64,000 bases of DNA. It comes from Chara braunii (taxonomy: Eukaryota > Plantae > Charophyceae). Of this stretch, positions 37,693 to 49,800 are shown one piece after another; the first letter of the stretch is position 1; each line of letters begins with the position of its first letter. Below the pieces are notes generated by a model that saw only the letters and a list, made by a program, of their open reading frames with translations, searched no databases and was not told the DNA's origin. Made by a program: the position numbers and the translations under genes. The stretch lies in contig BFEA01000025.1 in the NCBI GenBank assembly GCA_003427395.1, positions 3,448,728 through 3,512,727 of the forward strand, read 5' to 3'.

Positions 37693-40005
37693 TTTTTTTT
37701 TTTTTTTTTGAAACGCCCCCGCCAGTGTTAGTGGTGCTGATAAGAGCAGACACCACTAGCACTTGGGGAGAGGCTCCATCTATTGGTGGGGAGCATCACC
37801 TGTTGGAAAACGGGTCCAGCGTCCCATATACAAACTGAATTTGGAGTATACCAAAACAGGATTGTGTGAGGTTCCTACCATCATTGATTACCCTGGGATC
37901 CAGGGGATTGACTGAGCAGGCTATTGGAGAGAGGGGGGAACCTCTTCGCCCTGAAAATGGTGCCAGATCCCAACTGCTACACACAAGTTCCTCCCCCTAC
38001 CAATGAATACTTTGGAATCCAACCCCACATCTTGACAGTCTATCACTAAATCTTGTAGATTAATCCTACTAAGGACCCCCTCCTCCGTACCACTGTTCCC
38101 CTACCGTGACTAAGGCTGGTGGAGGGAAAGGGTCTGGGCGCCATGGTACGTCTGGACATTCATTTGTCCATTCTTGGAAAAGAAGAAGATAATTCTTGTC
38201 GTTTTTCCCTACAATTTCTCCCTCCCCTTCCCAACAAATTTTTGCAATAGGACTCCCCAGGGTCCCCCCCGGGCCCCAACCAGTCGTTGGTGAATTGTTG
38301 AATATACTTCTTGATTTTTGCTTTAAAATGTAGGGATGTTAATTTATCCTTCACTTTTTCCCATTGAATAGTAATTTCAGCTTGCACATGCATCCTGATT
38401 TCTTCGTGCAAGATTTGACCCTTTAGTCGTACCTCTTCCATCTCATAAACGCAACGTCTTCTCCATAGTGCGCAGAGTACTGCCCACCTTCCTAATTTAA
38501 ATATATTATCCTCGAAGGTGGTGGTTTGCTCCGGGTGCCACGTTTCACACAACAGTGTCTTCTTGTCCCACGACCAAGGTGTCGCGGTGCCCATCTGTCT
38601 CCATACCCTCTCCCACCATCTCCACAGCCATACCGATCCCGGGCATTGTAGGAAGATGTGTTCGATTGTTTCTGGTCGACATCGTGACGGGAAGACAGAT
38701 GAACAAAGTTTGCACCATGGCAGAGCAAACCCTCACTGTTCTAAGGTTGTCCTGTCAATCAGTCAATCGTTCGTAGGCAGGCAGTGGTGCTCAATTTGCC
38801 ATTGTAGTGATGCCACTTTCGCCGGGGAAGCCTTGCTCAGCCTAAACCATTTTACAGAGCGAAGGGTCTCTTTCCCCATATTCAGATGCCGCATCCACCT
38901 ATTTTCTACCACTTCCTTCAGGTCCATTTTTGGGCGCAACAGCCAATAAGTTGACTTGACCGACTGTGTATGCAGTTGTCGTTGTCCTTGTTTTCCCCTG
39001 CCCATTATTAGTGTCCAGGTCCAGTTTTTTGGGTTGAAACCAAGGTGTGAGATGGGTGTAGTCGGTTTGTATGCCATCCATCCATCCTTTTCTTTTAAAA
39101 CTCGGATTCTGAATAACTCTGTTTTTTTATGCCATCTCACTTTGTCTCCTTCCGTTCTTGTGAGCCTATCGTCTGAGCCTTTGTGGAAAAGGTTAATCAA
39201 CACTTCCTCCCCTCCCTCTCGTGGTTGGAGTATGCCCACAATATTTCCTACTACTCCCTCCTGTTCCTTTATGTCCACCCAGTCACCCTTTTCCAGTGCC
39301 GGTCGTTTTTTAAGGATGCGAATCCAATATAAGGGGACCGCAAATATAATTGTTTTTAAGGTCTCCCCTACCTTGTGACAATATCTCAGTTTTTCTCTCA
39401 GCTTAGGTTCTGAGATCCAATCTCCCTGCTCATGGTCCCAGATGTCCCCCCCTCTTAAGATACCGTATTTGGTCCATCCTTTCCAGGGGGGGTCTGTGCA
39501 CCATAGCACCCGACTGTTAGAGTCTGTTATCCACCAGTTGCCAAAGAGAGGTTGTCTGTATACTTCCTCCGAGCATCGCGGTGGTATTTTATCCGAGGGG
39601 GGGGGAGTTCCCTCCACGTTTTTATTAGTGAGCTCCAAAAGGCATCATTTTTCAGGTTCCTTCTGGCTGCTTATCTGTCTGCACTTGGTTAATCCTCTCC
39701 CGATGGTGATGGTCTGGGAACAGGCCAGTACTGGTCCTCCAGCCAGGTCGTCGGATCTATGTCCGGGGGGTACAGCGGGGCTAGCCTGCTTATTTGTTGC
39801 AGTGCCAATGCTTTCCGTGGGGTCTGTGGGTCAAAAAGCAGGTGCTTTACCCACTACAAGGCTAGGGCCATCACCTGAGTAGTTGGGTCTATGATCCCCA
39901 GTTCACCTTTGGTTTGGGTTGAACCACCGCTTGCCACGCCACTCTGCTAATGACATTAGGACACTCATGGCTTCCTCTCCACAGGAATGCCGCTACCTGT
40001 CGCTG
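37693..40005 (-). mobile_element. 5'-truncated LINE copy (2.3 kb) with poly(A) and a 20-bp TSD
   Basis: Translates to AAFLWRG...ISRVAWQAVVQPK, RQPLFGN and WQIEHHCLPTND, homologous to the main LINE. TSD GAGCCCGGTTYTCAAGCCTT at 37675-37694 and 40006-40025 (one mismatch). Confidence 0.92.
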
Positions 40006-40774
40006 GAGCCCGGTTTTCAAGCCTTGCTTGCGTTTTCGTCTCAATTCTAGAAGTAGAAGTCGACAGACCCTCGTCTTTTCATAAAATAGTGGGCATAGCC
40101 GGGAATGGGTAGAGGGGCAGGTAAGTAAACGAAGGGAAGAGCCACTGGTGCCCCCCAGTGACTCCCATCGGTATCTGAGCCACGCCGCAGGTCGAGGAAA
40201 AGTGTCAGTTTCTGATTAGTTGTTTAAGCAAAATTTTCTGAGCGATCACAGTCGGCAAGGCCCGACTGGCCACGTCACCGTACCAGGTGGCTTTTGGCCA
40301 GGCTACAGATCCCGCCGCACGTCGCGTGTAATGCTGACGGGGCAGATTCTCTATGTGAATCTATTGGCGAGAAACTAGGAAAACGTTTGGCGTGAAGAAG
40401 CGGGGCGGCGGTTGATACGCAACAAACACGATGCGGCAGGAAAGATGGCAGGTATGATGGCGTCGGATGAAGATCAACAACTGCAAGCGCAAGCATGGTT
40501 GTCCGAGCTGGAGGATGGGAGGCTTCAACTGCAAGAGATTGTGTGGGTGATGTCATCTCCAGCAAACCACCCATCTGAGGTCCGAGGGGGCGGGGCTTCG
40601 ATGATCCTCTGCTTAATGACATCATCGATTGGGAGCAGGAGCGCAGGATCACACACACATACTTCGATCTCTTCAGGGAAGGGCCAGCACTCTCCGATGG
40701 CTACTACAACAGCGGCAGTATAGGAGACACGACAACATCGACGATATCAGCGGCAAAGGCTGGAGTGCAGGTCA

Positions 40775-40777
40775 GCG

Positions 40778-40819
<42 letters not shown>

Positions 40820-40927
40820 TCATTAATAATGACAAGACAAGAGTGCAGGTCTGTAACTACATCGTAAACAACATCATCATCAATAGTGACACGGGGGCAG
40901 GCAGCGATGACGATGGCAACAATGGCA

Positions 40928-40996
<69 letters not shown>

Positions 40997-41225
40997 TTAT
41001 TGATGGTGACGTCAACAGCAACAACAACAAAGACTGCACGTCGGCGTTAATTCCAACAACGGTGGAGACACTGGTTCAGGCAGCTGCATTTTTGACAACG
41101 GCGACAACGACGACTGTGACATCAACAACAATAGTAACAACAATAATGACGAAGACAATGGCGCCTGCACCGCTGGCGGCGACGACGACAGCAGTGACAA
41201 CAGCTGCAACAACAACAATATCATC
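40775..41225. repeat. (AAC)n microsatellite-rich tract
   Basis: Pure CAA runs at 40778-40818 and 40938-40995, with degenerate flanks. Confidence 0.9.
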
Positions 41226-43114
41226 ACAGGGGTAGAGGAGTGGGGACCTGACGAGGACGGGGAGGAGGGGATCAGTGTTGAAAAAACGTTTTATCGCCCC
41301 CTCCCCTCTTCTTTCCAATGTTGAATCGCTCCTTGAGGTCTGGCAGCAGATGGGAGTAGGATAGAAGATGTCCCCTCTGTTGATTGGAGTCATCCAGCCC
41401 TTGGTCTCAGTCAACAAGGAATGTTGACTGCCCCTCAGGTGGGAGGTAGGTTGTTTAGGGTTTTCATGTGTCTGATCTGTTTTGTGGAGTGTTTTGATGA
41501 TTGCTTACTGTGGTGGTTGATGACAATGCTTTTCGTTAGGGTTAGACTTTGATGGCAGGAGGCCAATCCTTCCCTGTCGCTGGGAAGTAATCAATGCCCC
41601 TGCTGTCTAGAGTACCATGGCAATACATCACATTATTGTTAGGGTTTCGTCTTCTGGTTTGATCGATGGGATAAGCTGGATGCCGTAGCTCGTATTGGAG
41701 ATGCAGTAGATTAGTAATCAAATGTGTACTACGGTATTTCTGCACATCATTTTATAAGGCATCTGGACCTGACTTCCAGGTAACACACATCACATCATCG
41801 TAATGATTTCGTCTTGAGGTCTGAATGATAGGTTTGGGCTTGATGCCTCAGCTCGTATCGAGATACAGTAGATTAGGTGGATGGGCTTCTCCCATCATGT
41901 GACATATGCTGACCAACAAACACATATAGACTGCATTGGATGCTGAATAGGAGATAACTACACATCACTGCATAGGGACGCTGGACCCGATTTCCAGCTG
42001 ATACACATTTCATCATTGTACAGGGACGCTGGACCTGATTTCCAGCAGGTGCAGCTCCCCTCCAACAGATGGAGTCTTCTACGCTGGGGCCTACTTATCG
42101 GGGGTGCTCCTATCACCTCGTTAAGTAGGTTTCCTGTATACGAAGTTTCTTAAAAAAAAANNNNNNNNNNNNNNNNNNNNNNNNNNNNNNNNNNNNNNNN
42201 NNNNNNNNNNNNNNNNNNNNNNNNNNNNNNNNNNNNNNNNNNNNNNNNNNNNNNNNNNNNNNNNNNNNNNNNNNNNNNNNNNNNNNNNNNNNNNNNNNNN
42301 NNNNNNNNNNNNNNNNNNNNNNNNNNNNNNNNNNNNNNNNNNNNNNNNNNNNNNNNNNNNNNNNNNNNNNNNNNNNNNNNNNNNNNNNNNNNNNNNNNNN
42401 NNNNNNNNNNNNNNNNNNNNNNNNNNNNNNNNNNNNNNNNNNNNNNNNNNNNNNNNNNNNNNNNNNNNNNNNNNNNNNNNNNNNNNNNNNNNNNNNNNNN
42501 NNNNNNNNNNNNNNNNNNNNNNNNNNNNNNNNNNNNNNNNNNNNNNNNNNNNNNNNNNNNNNNNNNNNNNNNNNNNNNNNNNNNNNNNNNNNNNNNNNNN
42601 NNNNNNNNNNNNNNNNNNNNNNNNNNNNNNNNNNNNNNNNNNNNNNNNNNNNNNNNNNNNNNNNNNNNNNNNNNNNNNNNNNNNNNNNNNNNNNNNNNNN
42701 NNNNNNNNNNNNNNNNNNNNNNNNNNNNNNNNNNNNNNNNNNNNNNNNNNNNNNNNNNNNNNNNNNNNNNNNNNNNNNNNNNNNNNNNNNNNNNNNNNNN
42801 NNNNNNNNNNNNNNNNNNNNNNNNNNNNNNNNNNNNNNNNNNNNNNNNNNNNNNNNNNNNNNNNNNNNNNNNNNNNNNNNNNNNNNNNNNNNNNNNNNNN
42901 NNNNNNNNNNNNNNNNNNNNNNNNNNNNNNNNNNNNNNNNNNNNNNNNNNNNNNNNNNNNNNNNNNNNNNNNNNNNNNNNNNNNNNNNNNNNNNNNNNNN
43001 NNNNNNNNNNNNNNNNNNNNNNNNNNNNNNNNNNNNNNNNNNNNNNNNNNNNNNNNNNNNNNNNNNNNNNNNNNNNNNNNNNNNNNNNNNNNNNNNNNNN
43101 NNNNNTTTTTTTTT

Positions 43115-43278
43115 GGGTCCGGACATTTTTGCACCCTGGGGACCGGTCTGGACTGTCCGGTGTCCGGTGATGTCCGGTGTCCGATGATGTCCGGATCACC
43201 GGACAGTCCGCACCGGTCCAGACACTGGTCCGGAAGACAGTCCGGAAGTGTCCGGTGTCCGGGTCCGCGGTTACCATG
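43115..43278. mobile_element. End of a DNA transposon with dense TCCGG subterminal repeats (possibly hAT-like)
   Basis: Many GTCCGG/CCGGAC motifs ending in GGTTACCATG; the other end is lost in the N gap. Confidence 0.45.
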
Positions 43279-43339
43279 CCAGATACTCTCTCGATTTTCC
43301 TCAGGTGCTCTCTGTCTATTCTCAATTTTCTGAATCATT

Positions 43340-43480
43340 GTACAAGGGACGCTGGGCCCGTTTCCCAGCAGGTGATGCTCCCCACCAATACATGGAGTCT
43401 CTCCCCGAGTGCTAGTGGTGTCTGCTCTTACCAGCACCACTAGCACTGGGGGCAGTTTAAAAAAAAGAAGAAAACAAAAA
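43340..43480 (+). mobile_element. Short retro-copy of the LINE 3' three-hairpin terminus (family C)
   Basis: GGGACGCTGG-CCCGTTT-CCAGC...GCTCCCCACCAATA...GGAG...GTGCTAGTGGTG..CACCACTAGCAC plus A tail. Other copies near 20500 (+), 42020 (+), 44385 (-), 44740 (-), 47610 (+), 48655 (-), 48993 (-), 49442 (+) and 49583 (-). Confidence 0.85.
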
Positions 43481-44195
43481 AAGTGGGGGTGTTGTCCCAG
43501 CTTTCCCTGTGGTGTAAGGGTCACAGAGGCAGGGGGAGTGCCAATTGGCTAAGTTGGAAGAGAAGGATGCATATCACGCGTCCTGCAGATGAAGGGGCTA
43601 GTCGGCAGGATTGAGTTAGGGCATAGCAGCAGTAGAGATGGTGGCTCTGCTGCAATAAGTGTTTCCGAAATAGGGTAAGGGGGGTGAAGTGGGGTTCGGA
43701 GTGTTGAGCTGGGTTGTACGGGCAATTCGGAGCCATGGCTGAGGTGGTGCTTGGTCGCCTGTTCTGCGGTGCTGCTAATGCTGCCATGCTCAGAGGCCTG
43801 CAATGGCTGAGGCCAGAACGAAACTGGCCGGTGCTGGGGTTAGGTCGCGCTGCCCTGTAACCCGAGCAATGTCGGGGGCATGAGGCCTGGTAGAGAGATC
43901 TGGGGAATTGTCGAGGGTGGAAGGCATTCCGGAGTCCATCTGTGGGACGTTATCAAGACGACGCTGGCCGGAGCTGGGGTGGGTCGCTCCGCCCTGTAGC
44001 CTACCAGATGGGGGTGTAGTCTGAGGTGGGTCATGCTGCTTGATAACCTGGCAGGTGGGGGCGTGAGGCCTGGTTGAGACTTGGTAACGCGGTGGGAGGG
44101 CGAGACAGCCTGACTTTTGGGCTGCTGAGTGGCACCTGACATCTAGGTTCTGGGTTGGCAGGCTCTGCATTTGTTAAGTAGCTCTTCTTAGCCCA

Positions 44196-44300
44196 CCTTC
44201 TTCCCCCGAATACAACGTACGGTCATTATAGCTGTATTTGATGTATCTTTCAGTCTAGATACAGCTATAATGACCGTACATTGTATTCGGGGGAAGAAGG
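44196..44300. mobile_element. MITE family B copy (others at ~5503-5610 and 54188-54292)
   Basis: Near-perfect fold-back CCTTCTTCCCCCGAATACAA...TTGTATTCGGGGGAAGAAGG|TA. Confidence 0.8.
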
Positions 44301-44705
44301 TAGTCACACATAAGAAGTGCAGTGGTACCTGCAACCGCTGTCCAGTCAGGTTACCCCCGTTGAGATAACTGGAGGGTGGCACTCCTTTTTTTTTTTTTTT
44401 TTTTTTACCTGAGAATGGCCCTTGCGATATCCCTCTATCCTGGTGGTGGTAAGAGAACCGTCAGAATTGAGGGCTGACCTGTCGACCTGCTCCATCTATT
44501 GGTGGGATGCGACACCTGCTGGAAACTGGGTCCAGCGTCCCATTGATACATCATGTGGCACTGAGATTGGTGTTTGTTGTTTCCTGGGGCTGTGGTTATT
44601 ATTGACTCATCCTGGGGCTCCGTCCCATGGAGCTGCTAGCATCACCCTTCGCTTTTTAGGAGCACCCATTATCTATTTACCCAGCCCTATTTCTTTTTTT
44701 TTTTT

Positions 44706-44742
<37 letters not shown>

Positions 44743-45751
44743 AGAGAACAACCCGATCAGGTGCTAGGTGTGCTGATAAGAGCAGGCACGTCTAGCACCG
44801 TCGGGGAGNNNNNNNNNNNNNNNNNNNNNNNNNNNNNNNNNNNNNNNNNNNNNNNNNNNNNNNNNNNNNNNNNNNNNNNNNNNNNNNNNNNNNNNNNNNN
44901 NNNNNNNNNNNNNNNNNNNNNNNNNNNNNNNNNNNNNNNNNNNNNNNNNNNNNNNNNNNNNNNNNNNNNNNNNNNNNNNNNNNNNNNNNNNNNNNNNNNN
45001 NNNNNNNNNNNNNNNNNNNNNNNNNNNNNNNNNNNNNNNNNNNNNNNNNNNNNNNNNNNNNNNNNNNNNNNNNNNNNNNNNNNNNNNNNNNNNNNNNNNN
45101 NNNNNNNNNNNNNNNNNNNNNNNNNNNNNNNNNNNNNNNNNNNNNNNNNNNNNNNNNNNNNNNNNNNNNNNNNNNNNNNNNNNNNNNNNNNNNNNNNNNN
45201 NNNNNNNNNNNNNNNNNNNNNNNNNNNNNNNNNNNNNNNNNNNNNNNNNNNNNNNNNNNNNNNNNNNNNNNNNNNNNNNNNNNNNNNNNNNNNNNNNNNN
45301 NNNNNNNNNNNNNNNNNNNNNNNNNNNNNNNNNNNNNNNNNNNNNNNNNNNNNNNNNNNNNNNNNNNNNNNNNNNNNNNNNNNNNNNNNNNNNNNNNNNN
45401 NNNNNNNNNNNNNNNNNNNNNNNNNNNNNNNNNNNNNNNNNNNNNNNNNNNNNNNNNNNNNNNNNNNNNNNNNNNNNNNNNNNNNNNNNNNNNNNNNNNN
45501 NNNNNNNNNNNNNNNNNNNNNNNNNNNNNNNNNNNNNNNNNNNNNNNNNNNNNNNNNNNNNNNNNNNNNNNNNNNNNNNNNNNNNNNNNNNNNNNNNNNN
45601 NNNNNNNNNNNNNNNNNNNNNNNNNNNNNNNNNNNNNNNNNNNNNNNNNNNNNNNNNNNNNNNNNNNNNNNNNNNNNNNNNNNNNNNNNNNNNNNNNNNN
45701 NNNNNNNNNNNNNNNNNNNNNNNNNNNNNNNNNNNNNNNNNNNNNNNNNNN

Positions 45752-47040
45752 GGGGACGAGGGCGGGGGAGCGGAGGGGAGAGGGGGGGGTGGCGATGGGG
45801 TCGATGGGAGAGGGCTGAATGGCAGGGGGGGGGGTTGTGATCTGGGAGAATGAGGGGGGGGAAGCCCAGCCTGTGCATGCTGATGCTGCTGACCCTGGGT
45901 CTGGTGCACCTCGATTATTGAGTTTATGAGTTGGCCCGGGGGCGGTGTTGGGAAGGATTCGGGCGGTCTGTATGTCCATAGGTGGTCCTGTGCTGCCCAG
46001 TTCTTCCATGTCAGCNTTCCATCACTGCGCACTTCAGCTATTTTGTGGTTCGGATCTATCCACTTTTCTGTNAAGGTCGNNATCAGCTTTTGCTTACTGT
46101 CTTGGTCNGGGGCTACNCTCNCNTTTTNAATTAAGTCTTTACTAGCTTTCANCNCATTTGCCNTTANCACNTGTATCAGCTCTGCTTTGGCCTGGTGAAA
46201 ACCAAAGACCTCTTCTTGGCGTTCCACTGAGCACCTCATCCTCCAGGTGACCATAAGAATGGCTAGTCTCATGTGCTCGAACAAATTCCGTTGGAAGGGT
46301 GTCCATGAGGAGGGAAAGCTTCTTTTTGCCCCCAGCAGGATAAGTGCGACATTCCATTGAAAGGGTGAGTTTGTGAGCTCGTTCCACATGGCATCCCACC
46401 ATTGCCAAACCTGCATTGCCATGGGGCACGCCAGCAGGCAATGTTCCAAGTCAGCTCGTCTGCGCGGCGCACCGTCACCACAACGGGAACAGATTGGAGA
46501 TAAAATTCCTATTCGTTCTAAGCTAGTGCGTGAGGTTATCCAATCCGGTGTCGGCAGGCAGCGATGTAAAATCTGCCACTGCAGCGCCCTGTGTGAAGTT
46601 GGCATTATATGAGCGTATGTGGTCCAGGGGATGTGGTGTAGCTCCCCTTGTTGTAACGGTGAATCTCTTGTCCACCAAGTTTGGATTACGGAAGTGGAGG
46701 CCGGTGGTTTGTGGATGTGTTTGTACCCCTCGCGTACCGAGTATTGCCATATTGGTGTGGGTTTCCGGCCTTTCCAGACCCATTCATCCGGGTCGAACTC
46801 AAGTGCTTCCACTGGGGTAGACATTTCATATGCAAAATAGCCTGTGTCATTGTCTCCCACCACCCTTACCCTGGTCAGATCTCGTATTGGGAGGCACTTA
46901 TCCAGTTTCGGGTCCCTTTTCAGAGGGGCCCAACGTGCCCCTGGAACTTCTGGTTCATATGCCTGCAGGTTTGGCCCCCTTATTTGATTATTGCTATGTC
47001 TTGTGTCAGTAAACCCTTTACATCCTATTCCCCTTCACAA
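45752..47040 (-). mobile_element. LINE ORF2 3' fragment of a more divergent subfamily
   Basis: TPVEALEFDPDEWVW, LQWQILHRCLPTPDW, ICSRC...LEHCLLACP. The 3' end runs into the N gap. Confidence 0.85.
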
Positions 47041-47345
47041 TATGACAAAAGCTGAACATTCGTATACCTGGGACCACGTCATACCCCCCTTGGAGGGTGG
47101 CACTCCTGAGTTGTAGACATTGAGGTAGGATTGTGGAAGTGGGGGTGCACGAGGAACAAATTACGAGTGCGGTAGGTCGGGAGGGGTCTCATAGGAATAG
47201 AGGCCTCTATACACCATCGGGATAACCGCATGGCCGATTGCCGAAGGTGACTGTCATATGTCCAGAGTCTGACCTCGGGCTTTAGAAAAGTAAGCAAAAA
47301 AAAAGGAGTGCAGTGGTTCTTTTCATTTGCCCATGAGTAGTTGGC

Positions 47346-47497
47346 TTAAACCACCAGTACTTCCCGTGCCCGTTAATGCTACGCGATTTTAGGAAATGTA
47401 CGGGCCACTACAGGAGCGCCCAAATTCATCCAACTGGAAACGTTTGTACTCTATTTTTTTCCACGGCCGATAGCTGGGCCAAGTACTGGTGGTTTAA
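47346..47497. mobile_element. TTAA-flanked MITE, family E
   Basis: TTAA-ACCACCAGTACTT...AAGTACTGGTGGT-TTAA. Confidence 0.7.
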
Positions 47498-47889
47498 TTA
47501 ACAGGTTGACAGTCTACTGGTTCTTTTATGAAATGCTTCAATCTGTTCTCAGATTTTCACATCTGACGCCGGGTATTGGCCCCGGTAGTTTAATGATTGT
47601 AAATTCCAATGGGACGCTGGGCCCGGTTCCCAGCACGTCCTGCTCCTTACGAAGAGATTAGAGCTTTTGTCCCAATTTAAAAAGAAAAAAGGTGTTCCTT
47701 ACCTTTTTCTCCACATATTTTTTTGGGAAAACTGCTCCTCAGTCGCCTTTTTAGCTTGAAATAGGCAAGAAAAGACAAAGTGGTGCCTATGTCATCGCTA
47801 GAGTTTCAGAACGTGCAAGTTTAGGGGGGGGTTGAAACTGTGGCCTGTTTTTTGAAGTGGTGTGAATGCAGACTTAGTGGCGGCTTTTT

Positions 47890-48290
47890 TTGCCCTGTTT
47901 AGAGAACTGCTAATTTAAGTTGCCTATTCCAAACGCTAGGTGTGACCCAGGAGCTGTTGCCCCTATTTTTTTACACTCATCTGAGCCACATCTCTGCATC
48001 CATATAGCCCATGCAATTGCCAACAAGCCTAATTGGAATATATTGCAGTCAAGCTCATGTTTCCTGCCTGTTCTTCCTCCATGGATGGGAAACAGGCCCC
48101 AAGCAATATTGCCTTCCAATCCTGTAGCTCTCCCATTACTTTCGTCCAGACTGCGTCCCACCACACAAGTGGCACAAACCGGATAGATTATCTGATCTTG
48201 ACCCCTGGGTTTGGACTTGAAATGAGCCAATCGCCCCCGCGACCTCTTCCAATGTTTGCCACATTGAACACTAGGCACCAAGCCTAACAA
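47890..48290 (-). mobile_element. Highly degraded LINE ORF2 C-terminal fragment
   Basis: IFQLGLLAIAWAIWMQRC aligns by eye with MFSLGRxSILWTIWWRRC and IFKLGRWAVLCALWRRRC in the other copies. Confidence 0.55.
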
Positions 48291-48319
48291 CCTTGTTTTT
48301 TTTTAAGCCTTCTTTTTCC

Positions 48320-48415
48320 TTTGTGCCAATAAGGGATATGCAGGAAGGATTTTTTGTGCCAATAAGGGATATGCAGGTGGGATTTTTTGTGCCAATAAGG
48401 GATATGCAGGTGGGA
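48320..48415. repeat. 33-bp minisatellite, 3 copies
   Basis: TTGTGCCAATAAGGGATATGCAGG repeated. Confidence 0.85.
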
Positions 48416-48463
48416 TCCAAAACTGGGGGGGCAGGGGGGGAATGAAGGGATCAGTTTTTTGGT

Positions 48464-48650
48464 GGGGGATACAATGTGGGAGTCACAAAAACGAGTTATA
48501 ATTGCAGTATGGGCCAAGATACAGTTATTAATTGCAGTTTGGGCAATGTATACAACCCAGCTTTCTGGCCAGGTAGGGTGCCCGCGTGCAATTGCAAACT
48601 GTATCTTGCCCCATAGTGCAATTATAACCCGTTTTTGTCACTCTACTGAA
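48464..48650. mobile_element. MITE family A copy (partial copies also at 12200-12287 and 15360-15466)
   Basis: GGGAGTCACAAAACGAGTTATAATTGCA...TGCAATTATAACCCGTTTTTGTCACTC. Confidence 0.8.
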
Positions 48651-48991
48651 CAAGGCCCCAATCTATTCGTGGGAAGCAACACGTGCCGGGAACTGGGCCC
48701 AGCGTCCCGTATAAGATTTGTACACATCAAATTGAGTTACGGGGGGCAATGTTGACAACTTGATAGTCTATAACTTAGATGAAGTTGTGCAGCATGGATA
48801 GCCCTACCATTTTTTTTTTTTTTCCCCTTTTTTGTGAACAGCCCGAGCCAGTGCTAGGGGTGCTGATAGGAGTATAGACAAACAACTACAACTGATAGAG
48901 CAGAGGTTCATTCACAAATGCGGTTGGGTGGGCAATCAAGTTAACGGGGTGCGCCTTTTCCGCAAGATCCCAGAGAAGGTAGAAATATAGG

Positions 48992-49027
<36 letters not shown>

Positions 49028-49441
49028 CCAAAGGTGGGAAGTAGAGGGGATGCTGATAAGAGCAGACACCCCGTCTACTCACCCTACTAGAAAGATGGCT
49101 CCGTTCCATTGGTGGGGAGCTGCACCTGCTGGAAACCGGGTCCAGCGTCCCATACATCAGAAGGATTTGAAACAACAAGGAACAGCAGAAGCTGGGAACC
49201 GGGTCCAGTGTCCCATCTTATCAGAGAAGAAGGGGAATGAGAGATTTTTGTCTTGCACCTCTTCACCCTGAACAGGCGCCAAATCTACATGCTTAACTAG
49301 TGCTTCCAATCTCACTACTAAGAGTTAGACGATCTTCAGAACTCGGAAATATAGGCTACTACAAACTCCCAGCAGAATAACTGTATGCTCAACACCACAC
49401 TGCTACCATCTCTGTTAAAGCAACAATTCAGGTTACCCGAA

Positions 49442-49672
49442 ATGTTCAGGGACGCTGGACCCGGTTTCCAGCAAGTGCTGCTCCCCACCAATAGATGGAG
49501 CCTCCCCGAGAATGCTAGCGGTGCCTGCTCCTATCAGCACCCCCAGCACATCGCGGGTTGTTCTTTTCAAAAAAAAAAAAAAGGAGCAGACGCCACTATC
49601 ACTCTCGGGGAGGCTCCATCTATTGGTGGGGAGCAGCACCTGCTAGAAAACGGGTCCAGTGTCCCTGAACAT
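49442..49672. repeat. Tail-to-tail inverted pair of family C elements
   Basis: The + copy (49442-49582) ends in an A run and is followed immediately by a - copy ending TCCCTGAACAT. Confidence 0.85.
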
Positions 49673-49702
49673 CATAGTTGCTTATTTGAATAAACATCCG
49701 AT

Positions 49703-49800
49703 GCCCAGTTGATGTGGCTCAGTGGTTAGAGCACCAGTTGGAAATGCTTATTGTGGCATGAGGTTGCGGGTTCAAAACTCAATTGCAACCTTGCCCATGG
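49703..49800 (+). mobile_element. tRNA-derived SINE head
   Basis: TGGCTCAGTGGTTAGAGCA...GAGGTTGCGGGTTCAAAACTC. Confidence 0.6.

Noticed and set aside
37730-37830. Hammerhead ribozyme in the LINE 3' element (CTGATAAG...GAAA)
   Set aside because: The core is not CUGANGA, it lies antisense to the element, and the three-way junction cannot be built.
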